Positions 45,436-59,075 are shown, counted from the stretch's first letter. The stretch: 64,000 nucleotides of DNA from Camelus dromedarius (GCF_036321535.1 NC_087437.1:99698001-99762000), one strand, 5' to 3'. Numbers and translations are program-made. Notes: generated from the sequence alone by a model not told the origin.

Positions 45436-48400
45436 CTTTGTCAGTTGTACTCAAAATGGTTGGGCTCAAGGGTTAGTTGAATTCAAGGGTTTATTGAATT
45501 CATCTAAACATACAGTTCAGAACAAAATGATACACTCTCCTAATGTCTTCTGATGTTTTATTCGCAGAAATCCCTTAGGTGTTCGGTGCCAGAGAAAGAT
45601 TCACAGAAGCCTGTACTTAAGTCATCATTCCTGGATTTTAGATAGCCTTAAAAAAAGCCTTGGCGGGAAAAAGATACAGAGATATGACTTTTAAAAGTCA
45701 GCATTAGTATCTTTGAAAGTAAAATTAGTAGCACATAGACAATTTCAACACTCCTCCCCTCCTTTAAACATACTGTAGGCCTGAGCTATGAGCAGACTCA
45801 GTCCCACCCCTGCACAGACCCACCTCACATACAAGACCACGCTTGCCTTGTGGAACCAAAAGAGCAGCCTAGGTTTTGGCTTAAACCTCTAAATTGGAGC
45901 AGACACAGAGCTTATGTGAGAACTTTGAATATGTGGTGTTTCATTTTTTTCTGAATGTCAAAGGCTCCCCTCCACCCCACCAAAGTATAGAGTGCAGGTA
46001 AAGAAAGGAAGTGAAATATTGAGGGAAAAAGAATGTGGGAAGGAAAAGAGCAAGAGAAAAAGGAAACAGGAAGTGAATTTGAAAACTTGAAAGCAATTTT
46101 TCCCCTTTTAGAACATTTTTAAATGTATAATTTTAATTTACATAGAAAAATTTATTATTTAAAAAAATTAAATTTTAAACATCTTCTGTAACTTGAATTG
46201 GCAAAGGAATTAGATATATTCTGCCAAGAACTCTAGTTCTAGTAAATAAATAAACAAACAAATCTGTAAAATGTCCCTTTTTTCCCTAGGCTCACAAAAA
46301 TTTTAATATGTGGTACCTATTAGTTGAAATGTAATTTTCAAATCTACTGTGTAAGTCCTTGTTGCTTTCTAACTTGGCTAGAACATAAGGATGAGGTGGG
46401 ATGGAGATTGAACAGTTCTTGCAAATTTAGGAGAAATGGTTCATCGGAGGTGGAAATTCCAAACAGCATGCTAAAGCTAACAGAACTTAGTGCCTATGGA
46501 GTCAACACAGGCCATGACTGAGTCTTTATTTGCCCTTTTAAGGACTTAGGCAAAGCTTTATTCCCTGAGCATAGTACACACAAGATGACATTTTTCAGCA
46601 GTCTGACTTTTCAATTATGGATCTTTTGGAAAGCTAATGATGTCTGCATTGTTAATACTGCCAACATTGTGTCAGTACATTGAGGAACCTGTGATATTAA
46701 ATATGCTGATGTAAAAATATATGTTTTTTCTGTTCAGCCGTGTGCAAACAATCTGGCTGAAGTGCTGGAATTATAGGGAAACCCTCTCCAGAGATAAAAG
46801 TAGAATGGAATTCTGTTGAAAGCAGTTAAAAGGCTCTCTTCCTCTAAGTGGTTTGTTGAAGTGTTGCCTCCAAAATTTTTGAAGTTAATTGCATGGAGTC
46901 TTTTGCTCAATACTTTTAGTTACTTATAATATTCTTATTTTGGGGGGTGGTGAGGGTATCGTTAGATATCACTTAGGCAATCATTTAGAATTTTTAAAAA
47001 TCTATACAAATAGAGTTTTTGAATAAAATGATTGATGATGTTTAAAGTTTAAGGAGAGTAGCAATCACAGCTCTTCAGGAGGTAAGATACAAGGGTCTGA
47101 GACTGAATGTTTTCCATCACATAATTACTGTAACAAAGCTGGGATCATATTGTTAATGTTTATCATTCACAGTAAACTCTCATTGATTGGTTATGAGCGT
47201 TGGCATTGTTCAGTGTGATGAGTTCCAGATGTTTAAATACAGTGACAGCTCATTGATAAAATGAATTATAGTGACCAAAGTAACGAACTAAAAGCATGTT
47301 CTTCCCAGAAGCAAAAGGAATAATAAATGTGATACACAGTTACATATTTAAGATAGCATCCTTCTAGATTACTTTTTAAAGATATTTCTATTACTTAGTT
47401 CCAAATCTCTTACCTAATACATCTCTTTTAGACAATCATAAGTTCCCAATGATATTATTTCCCATGTATAAAAAGTCTGTCTGATATTTTCAGAGAATAA
47501 AACTTATTTGGCACGAAGTTAAAGCATATGCTATACTTTTAAAAAATTTTATTTGCTGGTAATAACCAAAGAATTTGGTGCAGAACAGAAATTATCTAAT
47601 CATAACAAAAAACAGTGGGGAGAAAAAGGTTGTATTATAAAGGAAACTCAAGAAACAGCACGTTTTAAAAATCTGCTGTCTTAGAATAGTATGGTATATT
47701 GCTTTAGAGGTAGTCAAGAAAATTATGTGCCAATAAATAGATAAATATTATTCCATAGACCATCACTACAATATACATAACAGAATATATTCTTAGAGGC
47801 TATTATTTAATATAATTTTTGTGAAGTTTCAGTAAACAGCTTCACTTATATTACAAAGCAGAATTACTTAATATTGCTTTTCAATCTATGTAAATTATTA
47901 TAGTATTTCATATATAACTTCCATATAATGATAAATATTAATAAACATTTATGAATAATAAAATAAATATAACAGAGGTTAGGAAAAATCATCTTTCTCT
48001 ACAAAAAAATTCTGGGGTTTTGTGTTTATTGATTCTGTTTTGCTTATATTTCTAGTGGAAATGAGTTTGGTGATGGTGGGGAGGTGAAGATTAGGTTCCA
48101 AAATTAAAGACAAATCTATCATTACACAGGAAAATTTTAACTGAGTATTCCCTTTCAAAGTAAATTTGTAACTACAGAAGGTCTTTTTGGAAAAACTTTT
48201 CATATAAGGGGAAAACAAAGGTTACCTTTTTTAACTAAAAAATGGTAATGGTGATAAGTAATGGTTCTTAGGCAAGACGTCATCAAAATTTTGATACAGT
48301 TAGAAGCATTTCTGCAGGGAGGGGAGTTTTAGAGGGGAGAACGGCAGATGTACATAAGATGATTATTAAACACTTTGATAATCCTCAGTATTAAAGGTGA

Positions 48401-48596
48401 TTCAATTATAGAAATAGCCCCAAATACATTGAATCATTGAGTCACCTAAATGAATACATTTTTGTCTTGTTCTGTTTTTAATGGGTGATGTGACTAAGTT
48501 TTGCATGAGTAACTGCTGCTTGAAGATAATTCTAAATTCTTCCATTTAGAAATTATGGTATAAATTGATTTTCTTCTTTGAATGATGTATCTCCTT

Positions 48597-49203
48597 TGCA
48601 TTAGTTTTCTGTCGCTGTATAGAAAATTGCACAAACTTAGTGGCATAAAACAATACCCATTTATTAGCTTGTGATTCTATAGGTCAGAAGTATGGACAGG
48701 TCATGACTGGGTTTTCTGCTGAGACTCTCACAAGGCTAAAATCAGAGTGTCGTTTTGACTGCACTCTCGAATAGAGGTTGGAATCCTCTTCTAAACACAC
48801 ATGATTGAGGCAGGACTCAGTTCCTTGCAATTGTGGGACTGAGGTCTCTGTTTCACCCAGAGGCCACTCTCAGCATCTAGAAGCCACCCACATTCCTTGC
48901 CAGTAGGCGCCTTCCATTTTCAAAACCAAAAATAGAGTATTCTCTCTCATTAAATTGCTTTCACACTTTGAATCACTTTTGCAAGATCTTGATTCTCTTA
49001 GGGCTCTTTAGATTAGGTCCAATCCATTCAAGATAAACTTCCCATATTAAGATCAAATTATTTGGAAGCTTTAATTATATCTGCAAAATCCCTTTGTCAT
49101 ATAACACAACATTGTTACAAATGTCTCATCATATTCACAGCTTCCATCCACAAATAAAGCAGGGTAGGGGTCACTGGAGTCACTTTGGAATTCTGCTTAC
49201 CAC
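48597..49203 (-). mobile_element. MLT1E-type MaLR solo LTR
   Basis: TGCATTAGTTTTCT...CACAAACTTAGTGGCATAAAACAA...CAGTTCCTTGCAATTGTGGGACTGAGGTC...GGAATTCTGCTTACCAC. Confidence 0.85.
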
Positions 49204-49209
49204 CTCCCT

Positions 49210-49850
49210 CCTAACTGGCCTCTCCACTTCCTTCAAGCTCTGTTCTGCTGCCAGATAGTTCACTTTTTTCCTAAATCCAAATATGATCAAGTTGATCAAC
49301 ACCATCACCAACATCTTCCATCCCATAAATGCTTAAAATATTTTGTTGGCTTTCATTTGTTTATTCTGATGATAACACACTTATCTATTGTTAGCGTCAC
49401 TTTTTTCTGCCTATCAAATCTTCATACTCAGTTAGTTTCATTTATGTAATTTCAGTATCTTTTTTAAACCTCTCTCACCTCCAGGCTGCCTCCTGCTTAG
49501 AATGTTATTTCACCAAACCTATTAGCTGCCCCTCCACTGTACAAATGTATTGTTATTTTAGGTTAAGATTCCAACTTGGGCATGAAAATCTTTCCTTCCA
49601 AGAACCTTTCCTCTTACCTGTACCCATTCCTGTTACCTCTAGTCTGGGACAGATGCCTCTCCTCTGTGATCCCTTATGACTTCTGTAAATCTCCTAGCAT
49701 CTTCCTGCCTTCTCGCTAATCTACTGGATTGTAACCATCTTGTGGAAGAATCTTTCTGATTCAAGTAAATGAGACACTTTCTCCCGTGTCTCATTTTTTG
49801 TATTCCTGGTATCAGACATAGTGCCTGTAACCAAAATTTGTCAAATTCAT
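49210..49850 (+). mobile_element. Decayed L2
   Basis: TAACTGGCCTCTCCACTTCC...CTACTGGATTGTAA...TTTGTATTCCTGGTATCAGACATAGTGCCTG. Confidence 0.6.
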
Positions 49851-51750
49851 AAAATTTCGACGTATTCCAGTTCTTTAAGTCATGTCTATAAGACACAAAT
49901 AAGTGGACTATTCTGCATTCTGGTTATTTCAGATACCTTGTGGATTAGCCAAGATCAACAATATGTTGAACTTTATAATCAAGTGGAAACTTGGCGCCCA
50001 CTGAGCTACTTCAATAGTTGGCTACATTAATGTTTACTGTGTTTTTATAACTGGAAACGGGGTATTAATTGTTCCTTTATTTTGCTCAGTTAATAGAATA
50101 AATAATGCTGGAACATGGATCACAAAGCAGATCAACCAAAAGAACCCAATAAATGCATAACTAATGAGGTAAAAGATAAACTTTTAATAGACTTAACAGC
50201 TCCAGTATTTTTGCTTTAAAATACTGGAATTATCTTGGCTGCACTTTATCTCTTAGGTTGTATTTTTTTATTTTAATCCATTACTTTAAGAAAGTTTCCA
50301 GGATTAGATAATTTCTTTAAAAATCAATTCTCCTACGTTTGCCAGGCACACAAAAGCATTTGTATGGCTTTTTTAATCAATACTGATTAAATGGTCACTC
50401 TGCTGCCAATGACCTTTTGCCTATTCTTTTTAACCTTTTTTTTTTTTCTCTTTAGTGAGTGGCAAATAAACTCTTAATTTCTTCAAGCATTATACACTGG
50501 TGATATTATTTATAGGCATTTTATCAAGCATATGTAGACACAGAGGAGTTAGCGTTAGTTTTGCTGACAAAATATCTATCCTATAATGAGATGGTAGAAT
50601 TATAGAAACAATTCTTAAGAAAAATAATCTGTTTAGAGAAATGAAGTTCCTATCATCAAATACAACACACACACACACACAACACATCACCAAAATTGAA
50701 AAAATATATTTTTTAGTAGAATTTTCCTATTGGAACTGAAGAGAACATTCCCCCATTCCACCGACTCATTTCGAGCATATGAATTGGATGGATATGTTTT
50801 TGGAGGACAAAAATACCTTGGGCATTATCATCTATAAACTAAGTAATAAGTAACTCAACCCGTGTTTACACAACACTTCAGCAAGCTATAGTAACACAAT
50901 CATATAAACCCACTGCACAAGTGTGGAACAACTGTTTACACCTGGCTTCTCTCTGAATGTGTTATCAAGTCTCTCATTAAATAAGATAATCAACACTGTA
51001 CCTTTCATTCAGAAGCATGCTGTAGGCTTTAAATAGATATTCCTTTCTCCACTCCACTTTTAAGCAATTGACAGTTTACATTAGTTGTCAAGAGTTTGTG
51101 TTCTTAGGAAAATTTTAAGTAGAATAAACATTTATAGGTGACTTTCACACATCTGAAAATATTTATCTGAGAATTGATTATGTTCTTTTTAAAAGCGGTG
51201 AATCTGGCAAAAATTTCCTTTTCTCTTCTAGATCTCATTTTTACTTATGAGTAACAAAGTTCTCCCGAAGATGATCTGAATTGTCATACTTGCATTAAGA
51301 ATAACTCCTTTGGATTCTATTTTTTTACAATTTTCTTTCTTCAAGTATCAATAACTTTGCCCTTGAATCTAACACCTTTACAATGAGGGTAAGGTTTTTC
51401 TTCTGGGAGATCTTCACATGTAATAATCAGTTATTTTTTTGCCTTGATTTATTAAACTACATTCAAGTAAAATCTATTTTAAAACTCAGAATTTCCATAT
51501 AATATACTTTAAAAATTCAATGTGAGAAACTTTATAAATGTGAAATGCTGATGTTAATTCTTAGGCTTGGCTATTTACTAGAAACACCTGGACAGAGGGG
51601 TGGTGGGGGTGTGTGGGGAGATACTTCTTATATTCTGGCTACACCTCAGGACAATTGCATCCAATTCAAGTGTGGAAACTTGGCACCAATCTTTCTAAGG
51701 ATTTCTAGAAGTTTCCAATGTGCAGGCAAGATTGGCAACCACTACTCAAA

Positions 51751-51925
51751 CTGGTGGTTCTCACTTTGTTGCACATTAGAATTAACTATAGAGCTTTGAA
51801 AACTTCTTTTAGAAAATTCAAAGCCATACCCCATAGCCAGCAAATCAGGTAGTGGGACCTGAGGATCAGCATTTTTTAAATGTTCTAGGTAATTCCAATA
51901 TGTAGCCAAGTTTGAGAACTAGTGC
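51751..51925. mobile_element. MER5B-like MITE
   Basis: GTGGTTCTCACTTTGTTGCACATTAGAAT...AGCATTTTTTAAA...GGTAATTCCAATATGTAGCCAAGTTTGAGAACTAGTG. Confidence 0.75.
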
Positions 51926-52996
51926 TTTGAATTGAAAATCAATTAAAGTCTAAGAACAAGTAACATGTTGAAAATCAGTTTAGCTATATTGGTACCCTAT
52001 GGTAATGTGCTGTTTTGGTTTTATGAGATAGGGAGGCCCTGGTAAAGACAGCAGGAAGGGAAAGAATAACCACTGCAATTTTAACACACGCTCTTTTGTA
52101 AATTCTGTATGTTTAAGAGCAACTTAACCACAACTTACATTGAAGGTGGAACACGTGTGACAGAGACTTCTGCATGAAAGCAGATTAAAAGTGTTTAAGG
52201 AAGATCTGAAAGGTTTAGAACAGCAGAGGAACATAGGAACCACTGTGGAATCCACCCTGTGTATTTTCTGCAGATGAAATATATCAAAGGGGACAGGCAT
52301 ATGCATAAGCAACTGTTCTAGATTCTTTATTTCACTTCCTTATATGTTGCGCCCTTTGTTGAAAAACTAAGTGATAGATGATTTATTTCTCTATATCCTT
52401 AGGTTGTATGAGATGTACCATTTTCAAAAACTCTTCTGACATTTTAGTCTGAATTGAGCTTGGATTCTTCCAAGTTCTATTACCATATAGATTAAGTTTC
52501 AATCCAAGTTTTAAAACTCTCAGTTATGCTTTTCCAACAAGCATTCCAAAGAAAAGTTATAGTCAGGTCAACTTCTTAAAATATGCTAGAATGAAAAGCC
52601 AAAATAATCGTGAACTTCTCCCCCACAACCATTATGTTTGTTCCTGCATATGTCCGAATAATATTCGATGTTGTTCATAGTCAACTGTGGTAATATAGGT
52701 AGATATGCCCAATATTTTCTTTACGTAGCAAGTAAACTGCCAATTCAATACAATGTAACAGATACATATACATTAAAATAGGAAGCAAATTAAATTTTGA
52801 ATAGGTTTTCTTATTTCTTGGTGAGAAGGGCTGTGAAAATTATACATTAAAATTCGGAACAAAAGGAAGAGTTTTATTAAATAGTTCCTTCATGTTCTTA
52901 AACTCCTATTTCTATACGTGACATCAAAATCATCATCTGGCCTTCAAGGAGTGTTATAGCTATTTAAGTGCAATACCCTCTGCAGGGCGCCTACGC

Positions 52997-53032
52997 CACA
53001 CACACACGCACGCGTACACACACACGCGCACG

Positions 53033-53071
<39 letters not shown>
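52997..53071. repeat. (CA)n microsatellite with CG/TA interruptions
   Basis: Direct reading. Confidence 0.95.
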
Positions 53072-53072
<1 letters not shown>

Positions 53073-53285
53073 ACGTAAAGATTTCCTAACAATCATTCCT
53101 CTTCTGACTTTCGAAATTATTATGGGAGTAATCATATTTCTATCCCCTGATTTTAACCATATTTCATTGATCAAACATTGCAGAAACAGGATTAAGACAC
53201 ATCCATGTTTTAATCAAGATCATTTTCCCTGCTGGATCTATCATTTGCATCAGGGTCTAATGAACTCAGATTGAAAACCATTCAT

Positions 53286-53389
53286 GGGGTGTGGCTGGGG
53301 AATAGCTCAGTGGTAGAGAGTATGCCTAGTATGCATGAGGTCCTGGGTTCAATCCTGAGTACCTCCCTTAAAAAAAAAGGGAAAAAAAA
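53286..53389 (+). mobile_element. Short tRNA-derived SINE (Vic-1-related) with A tail
   Basis: GGGGAATAGCTCAGTGGTAGAGAGTATGCCTAGTATGCATGAGGTCCTGGGTTCAATCCTGAGTACCTCC plus poly(A); probable TSD AAAACCATTC / AAAATCATTC. Confidence 0.85.
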
Positions 53390-53914
53390 TCATTCGAAAA
53401 GCTAAAATAAGGTGTGGCAAAACATTTAGCCAAGATTCTACTTGATCAGCCCAAAACAACTAGTGTTCTTGACTCTTTATAGTGTTTACTCACACACTCC
53501 TAGGTTTAGGTTGGATTAGAGTTTTGGAGAGAAGTGTCCTAGATGACTTCCTAAATTACTGTGGAGCACGTGACTCAGTGAATTGGGAGGAGTCCTCTAT
53601 GTCAGAAAACCTGTCCTTTCGTGTCAATGCAAACACTTGCAAAGACCTTTAAACCTTCTGTTTGGTCCGCTGTGTGGAGGCCTAGCTAAAACCTTGTCTC
53701 AGTGAGGCAGAGTGAATATAAATAATTGAAATACCATGCTAGTGGAACAGTGTGTTGATCTTTAAACTACTGGATGATCCAACCTTAAATTTAACATCTC
53801 TGCTTCCTGATCTTTGAAAATAGAGTAACTGTCAGGGTTGAAACTATATTGTCCCTGAACATATACTTTAGGAATTCACCTGACTCAATCCAGTCATTTT
53901 GGAAATGTTTTTAT

Positions 53915-54150
53915 CAGTAGATAGAACAGAAGTTTTAAGATTACCCAGACATAAATATGAGCTTCATCCCTTACCAGCTCTCTGACAACGGGTAAATCAT
54001 GTAATTTCTTAAAGCTTTAGTTTCTTCATTATAAAATGGAGATAATAAAACTACCCAGGGGTTTGTAAGATGCAATTAAACAGGACAAAGCTTATAATTA
54101 CCTGACATAGCAAACTGAACATAAGGCACCCAAATAAATCAGCTTTCCTC
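53915..54150 (+). mobile_element. MIR
   Basis: CTTACCAGCTCTCTGAC...GCTTTAGTTTCTTCATTATAAAATGGAGATAATAAAACTACC. Confidence 0.75.
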
Positions 54151-55234
54151 CTTTGTAAGTGTAAGGAAAGAGAAGTTTGGATTCTGAGAGTAGCTCATTC
54201 AAAGAGTGATGAAATAAACAATATGAGAGTGGTAAAATAAAAACTACATGGAACTAAAATCTTTTTCCACTTTTCTATGTAATTGCATTCCCTCCCCCTC
54301 TTTGACCCACTTTCTACTTGTTTTTCTCCCTCCCCTGGAGGATTTATAGTCTCCTCTTCAGCCTCACCACCCTGCATGCACAGGTACTTAGCCCGGCTAT
54401 CAGGCTGAATGATATTTTAAAGCAAAAATATGAAGTTTAGATCAAAATACAGACATAATTGTTTTTATTTTTTTTTGAAAAAATTTTTTCTAAAACATCT
54501 ATAAGAATATCTCTGAAAAAAATGCACCTTTACACCCAGTAGCAATGATCAAAAATGTGATAAATCAAGAAAACTAGCAACCAGCCTCACATTCCTGACT
54601 GACCTAAAAACACATATATTCTTGCTTCTGCTGTGTTTACTTAAACACAGCACCTAATCTTTCAAAGCAGAAAACATGTGGGATGGCGGTCCTAGAAGTG
54701 GAAAGGTTAAGTGATTATCAGTGTACTTAATATTAGGAAACTCTGTTAGGGACATTTCAGTATAGCTGCTTATTTGATAAACAAAAACTAATATTCATTT
54801 TTCTCTTAGAAAAATTTGACTCAAGAACATTGCTAGATTTATCTTGCTTTTATTATAGACATTGGCATGAACAATTCAACTCCCTGGAAATGTTTGCTCA
54901 GAATAACATGAAAATGGCTGCTTTAAAAGAAAGTTTGTTGAAATAGAAGATTTGGGTATCTTGTTTCCCCATCTCATGTTTATAACGTTACCTGGATAAA
55001 GACTTCTGGCCACTCTTTACCCCAGTTCTTGGGGGACTTCAGTTAGGACTAGGTATGTAACTCTGTTCAGCTCTATTACCTGTATAAATCATTTTGGGGA
55101 CAACATGTTTTATGTACCAGTCATGACTATAACGTTTTGTAGTCTCAACTCTTAGATATCTATTCTTGTCATTTGCTTTCATTTTATTTTGAAAAGGACT
55201 GAAAATCAGCCTTTAAATGGTCATGTTAAAAATG

Positions 55235-55620
55235 TTTCATTTTAATCATGAGAAAAACGTCAGACAAATCCCAGCTGAGGGACAGTCTACGAAATACCTG
55301 ACCAGTACTTCTCAAAATGATGAGGTTGTAAAAAACACGAAAATTCTGGAAAAACTGTCACAGTCAAGGAAACATGGCTACTTAATATAATGTGGTATCC
55401 CAGGATGGGATCTTAGAACAGAAAAAGATCAGGTTAAAAATGAAATAAAGATTTTAGTTGATAATAATGTATCAATGTTATTTAATTGATTGTAACAAAT
55501 ACGCCCTACTAATATGTTAGTGATGGGGAAACTACATGTAGGGTATATGGAGATTTTATGTACAATCTTTCCAGTTTCTATGTAAATCTAAAACTGTTTT
55601 AAAATTAAAATTTAATTTAA
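55235..55620 (+). mobile_element. L1MC-type 3' end
   Basis: TAATCATGAGAAAAACGTCAGACAAATCCCAGCTGAGGGACA...CCTGACCAGTACT...GGATGGGATCTTAGAACAGAAAAAG...TGTAAATCTAAAACTGTT. Confidence 0.85.
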
Positions 55621-55918
55621 TTCTGCCTTTCTGCAAATCATGTTGGGTATTTGATATCAATTTGAACTCTTATAATAGTGCTCAAATTCAAAGCAACAAG
55701 TAGCTATCCATCATTCAGCATGGAAAATTTCAATGCCCTTGAAATTTACCATCTGGTGCAGATAATATATGTAAAAGGAAGAAATATTTAAAAGAACAAC
55801 CCAAGGGCAATGTACAATTAATGGATTAAATGAGAAGATAAGACCAAAAAACTCTTAGCATTGAGAGGTAAATGTGCTAAAAAGTGAGCTTTCTCAGTAA
55901 GTATTTCAGGGATGCAGA

Positions 55919-56070
55919 GCAGCACCAACTGACAGAACTTTGTGTGATGATGGAAATAATTACGTGTGCTACATAATATGTAGCCTCAAATCGTATGTGG
56001 CTGTTGAGCACTTGAAGTATGGCTAGTGTGACTGAAGAACGAAATGTTTTATTTTACTCCATTTAAACTA
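55919..56070. mobile_element. MER3 hAT MITE (partial)
   Basis: AGAACTTTGTGTGATGATGGAAAT...ATGTGGCTGTTGAGCACTTGAAGTATGGCTAGTGTGACTGAAGAAC. Confidence 0.8.
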
Positions 56071-56159
56071 GTCTGTGCAGGTTAGCACATGAACTGAACA
56101 CAAAAGTATGAGTAGAAATTGGGTGGACCCTCCATTTCAGTGCAAGGACACAGCACAGT

Positions 56160-56330
56160 TCAATGAAAGACGCTACCCATGTGGAACAGTGAGTTGATCT
56201 TTGAGCCACTGGATCCGTCAATCCTAAATCCTGACCCACATCTGTACTTTTATTGGAGCCAACTCATTTTCTTTATAACTCAGTTTTAACTGGGATTTCT
56301 GTTACATGTAGCCAAAAGTAGCCCAACTCA
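56160..56330 (+). mobile_element. MLT1J/K-like LTR 3' fragment
   Basis: TTTGAGCCACTGGATCC...GAGCCAA...CAGTTTTAACTGGGATTTCTGTTACATGTAGCCAAAAG. Confidence 0.6.
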
Positions 56331-57659
56331 TCTGTGAGGATTAAATATGAAAATATACATGAAGCACCAGCCATTACCCAGCAGACTCCGGATGCTCAGT
56401 AAATGACACCCCTTCCCTTACCCTCCTCTTTAAACAGGTCACATGCCTTGTATCCCCTGCATTGGTGCTTCCATGATTTTGCTCCTAATATGTTCCCTTC
56501 TCACTCACATCACCTCTTTGAATCTTTCTCACTCTTTCAGTCCCAGCTCAACTGGAATCTTATTCACAAAACTAATCAGCTCCTGAGGAAATCTTATCCT
56601 CTCAGCCTCTAGGTTGCTTGCACCCAGCGTGCCTTGTCTGAGCCAATACCTGTCCTGTATATCCTGCCACTAAAGTCCTTTCAAGCAGTGGCTAGAGGCC
56701 CAGTTGGAGTCCTGGATATTCTGAGCTGGGGTTCAAAGTGAAGTGCTTTTTACCTCTGGTCTTGGACTAGGAAGGAAGGAATCCTAGGGTTTCTGCTGAT
56801 CATGTCTCCTGCTGCACAGAAGACTGACACAACGAGACTTACTTGTAGATGGAAGAAAAAAAAAAAAAAAGAAGGAAAGAAACAAGGAGTAACAAAAGCC
56901 CCAGTTACAGTCTTCAAGGTCTGGGTTCTAAAAATGGCAGATTTTCCCACAAATGCCTTTGTCCTTTCAGCTCTTCTTTTAATTCCCTCAACTGCCCCCA
57001 CTTTTTCAGTACCTCCTCTTTTATCTTAAGTTATTTGACATTAGATTTCTGTCACTTGCATCTGAAAACAGACAGAAAAACCTTACACATAAATATTCAA
57101 ATATATATGTTTGTACACATTTAAATATGCATATGTTATAAGTTGGAGTGACACTGAGGTGCCATTTTTTTTATTTTTTCTGTCTAACATTTAATCTATC
57201 TCAGCACTCATTTACCAAGATTAATGAAAAGTCAAGCCTTAGTTATTATTCCTGACTCTCCCCAATCCTGTGGGAGCCTATGAGACTTCTGGAAATTACC
57301 TAGAAAATAAAGAAGGCTGTCTGACTCCATCCCGTTCTATCTGCTAATCTCAGGGTCAACTGCCCAGATCTGTGTGGTCCACATGAAGGCAGACATGTCT
57401 CCTGGGGCAGATAATCTTTAAGGCCACATTAGGTACCTGAGCCTCTGTGACCTCAAAGGTACTATATGAAATCTGAATTCCAATCTCCACCCTTTCTCGA
57501 GTCTTGGGACATCCCTCTCTGAGGTTAGGTCATAAGCTTGTATATAACAAAAATGGCATATAAACTGTCATGTTTAACTAGCCTGCACTTAATGGGGAGA
57601 GAATGAGGAAAGCTTTCCAGATAAAATAATGCTTGACCACTAACTTAAAGGAGTCACCT

Positions 57660-57870
57660 TATACAGTAGTGGATTTAGAGTTTACTGGGTGTCATCTGTA
57701 ACATCTGTATGACTTCGAGAAAATTACATGATGTTTTTCTTGACTCAGATTCTTTTCATCAAGAATGAAGAGATTCACAGGATTATGAGAAAACACAGGA
57801 GACGTGTACGTAAAATGCCAGTCACAGTACCTGGCACACGGTGGACCTGAAGTCAACATTAACTATTTTT
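57660..57870 (+). mobile_element. MIR
   Basis: CTGTATGACTTCGAGAAAATTAC...GGATTATGAGA...GTACGTAAAATGCCAGTCACAGTACCTGGCACAC. Confidence 0.65.
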
Positions 57871-58129
57871 AACTCAGCAGAAATGCTTTCACTGGATGCA
57901 GTCACAATCAATAGTCATTCTAAAAAATACTTAAAGTAGAACATCTTATGGATATACATATATCTTACATTTTATTGTAGCTTAAGCTTATACCTACATA
58001 TCCACTCACCAAAGATTTGAGGCAAGGCCAAGGCCATGTCTTTCAACATAGCTATTCTAAGTGGAGCCCCAAGTCATCTTCCTTGTATAAATCACACCTG
58101 TATAAATGAGCCAAGATTCCCCACTCCTT

Positions 58130-59075
58130 ATTTGGAGCCTCCTGGATGCCTCCACCTCAGTGCCAAATAATTTCTCATATTTAACCCATTCAACACCAAC
58201 TCTTCATATCTCTCCCTCCAAACCAACCAAGTAAACGGCACAACCATACCACCATTCACTTGCCATTCATGAAAAAAAAAACCTAGGTATTATCCTAAAC
58301 TTTTCTGTTTCCATCACTCGCACACTGACACGTCATCAAGCCTTGCCAGCGCCATCTTCAGTACATTCCTCACAGTTGGCCTCTTCCCAGCCCCTCTCTC
58401 ACCAAGACTTTTCCAAGCTTCCAGCCCCCATTTTGCAGCCAGATTCTATGGTACAGCCTCCTGGCAAATTCCCCGCTATCCTTAGGCTCCACCCCTCTTT
58501 ATTCTTCACATAGCAGGTACCAGCAGAAAAATCTTTTTAGAGAATTTGTATTATCACTCCCTTGTTCAAAACCCTTCAATTAATTCTTATCAAACTTAGA
58601 TTTACATGTTCTAGTTTTCCCTACTCTTTCTGAAATCAGATGCTAATATTCTCTGACTCACTTCTGCTGCTGAAGTCTGTCTCATTGCTCCCAGGGCTGG
58701 GGTAGGGGTGCCCGTCTTCCTGTTCTCTGCTTGGAACATTTTCCAGCAGACCCCGTTTCCTCTTTCATATCATTCAGGCATTTGCTCCAAGATCTCCTCT
58801 TCAGAGAAGCCTCCCCTGACCACTCCATCTCAGACATAGTGCCTACCCTCCTCATTATCTGTTCCTCTAGCCTGTTCTACTTTTCTCCAGAGTACCGGTG
58901 ATTACTGGAAATGGTAGTGTGTATTTGCTCACATATGAATCTATTGCATCTCCTCTAAGAGAATGAAAGCTGCATGGGGATATGGAACCTCGGTGGCTCA
59001 TGACTTTTCCTCATTTCTAAGGACAGTGCCTGCCATCTAGTAGATGATGATGTTAAACAAATATTTGCTGGATAT
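58130..59075 (+). mobile_element. L2a 3' region
   Basis: TCACTCCCTTGTTCAAAACCCTTCAAT, CTCCTCTTCAGAGAAGCCTCCCCTGACCAC, GAATGAAAGCTGCATGGGG...ACAGTGCCTG...CAAATATTTGCTGGAT. Confidence 0.8.
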
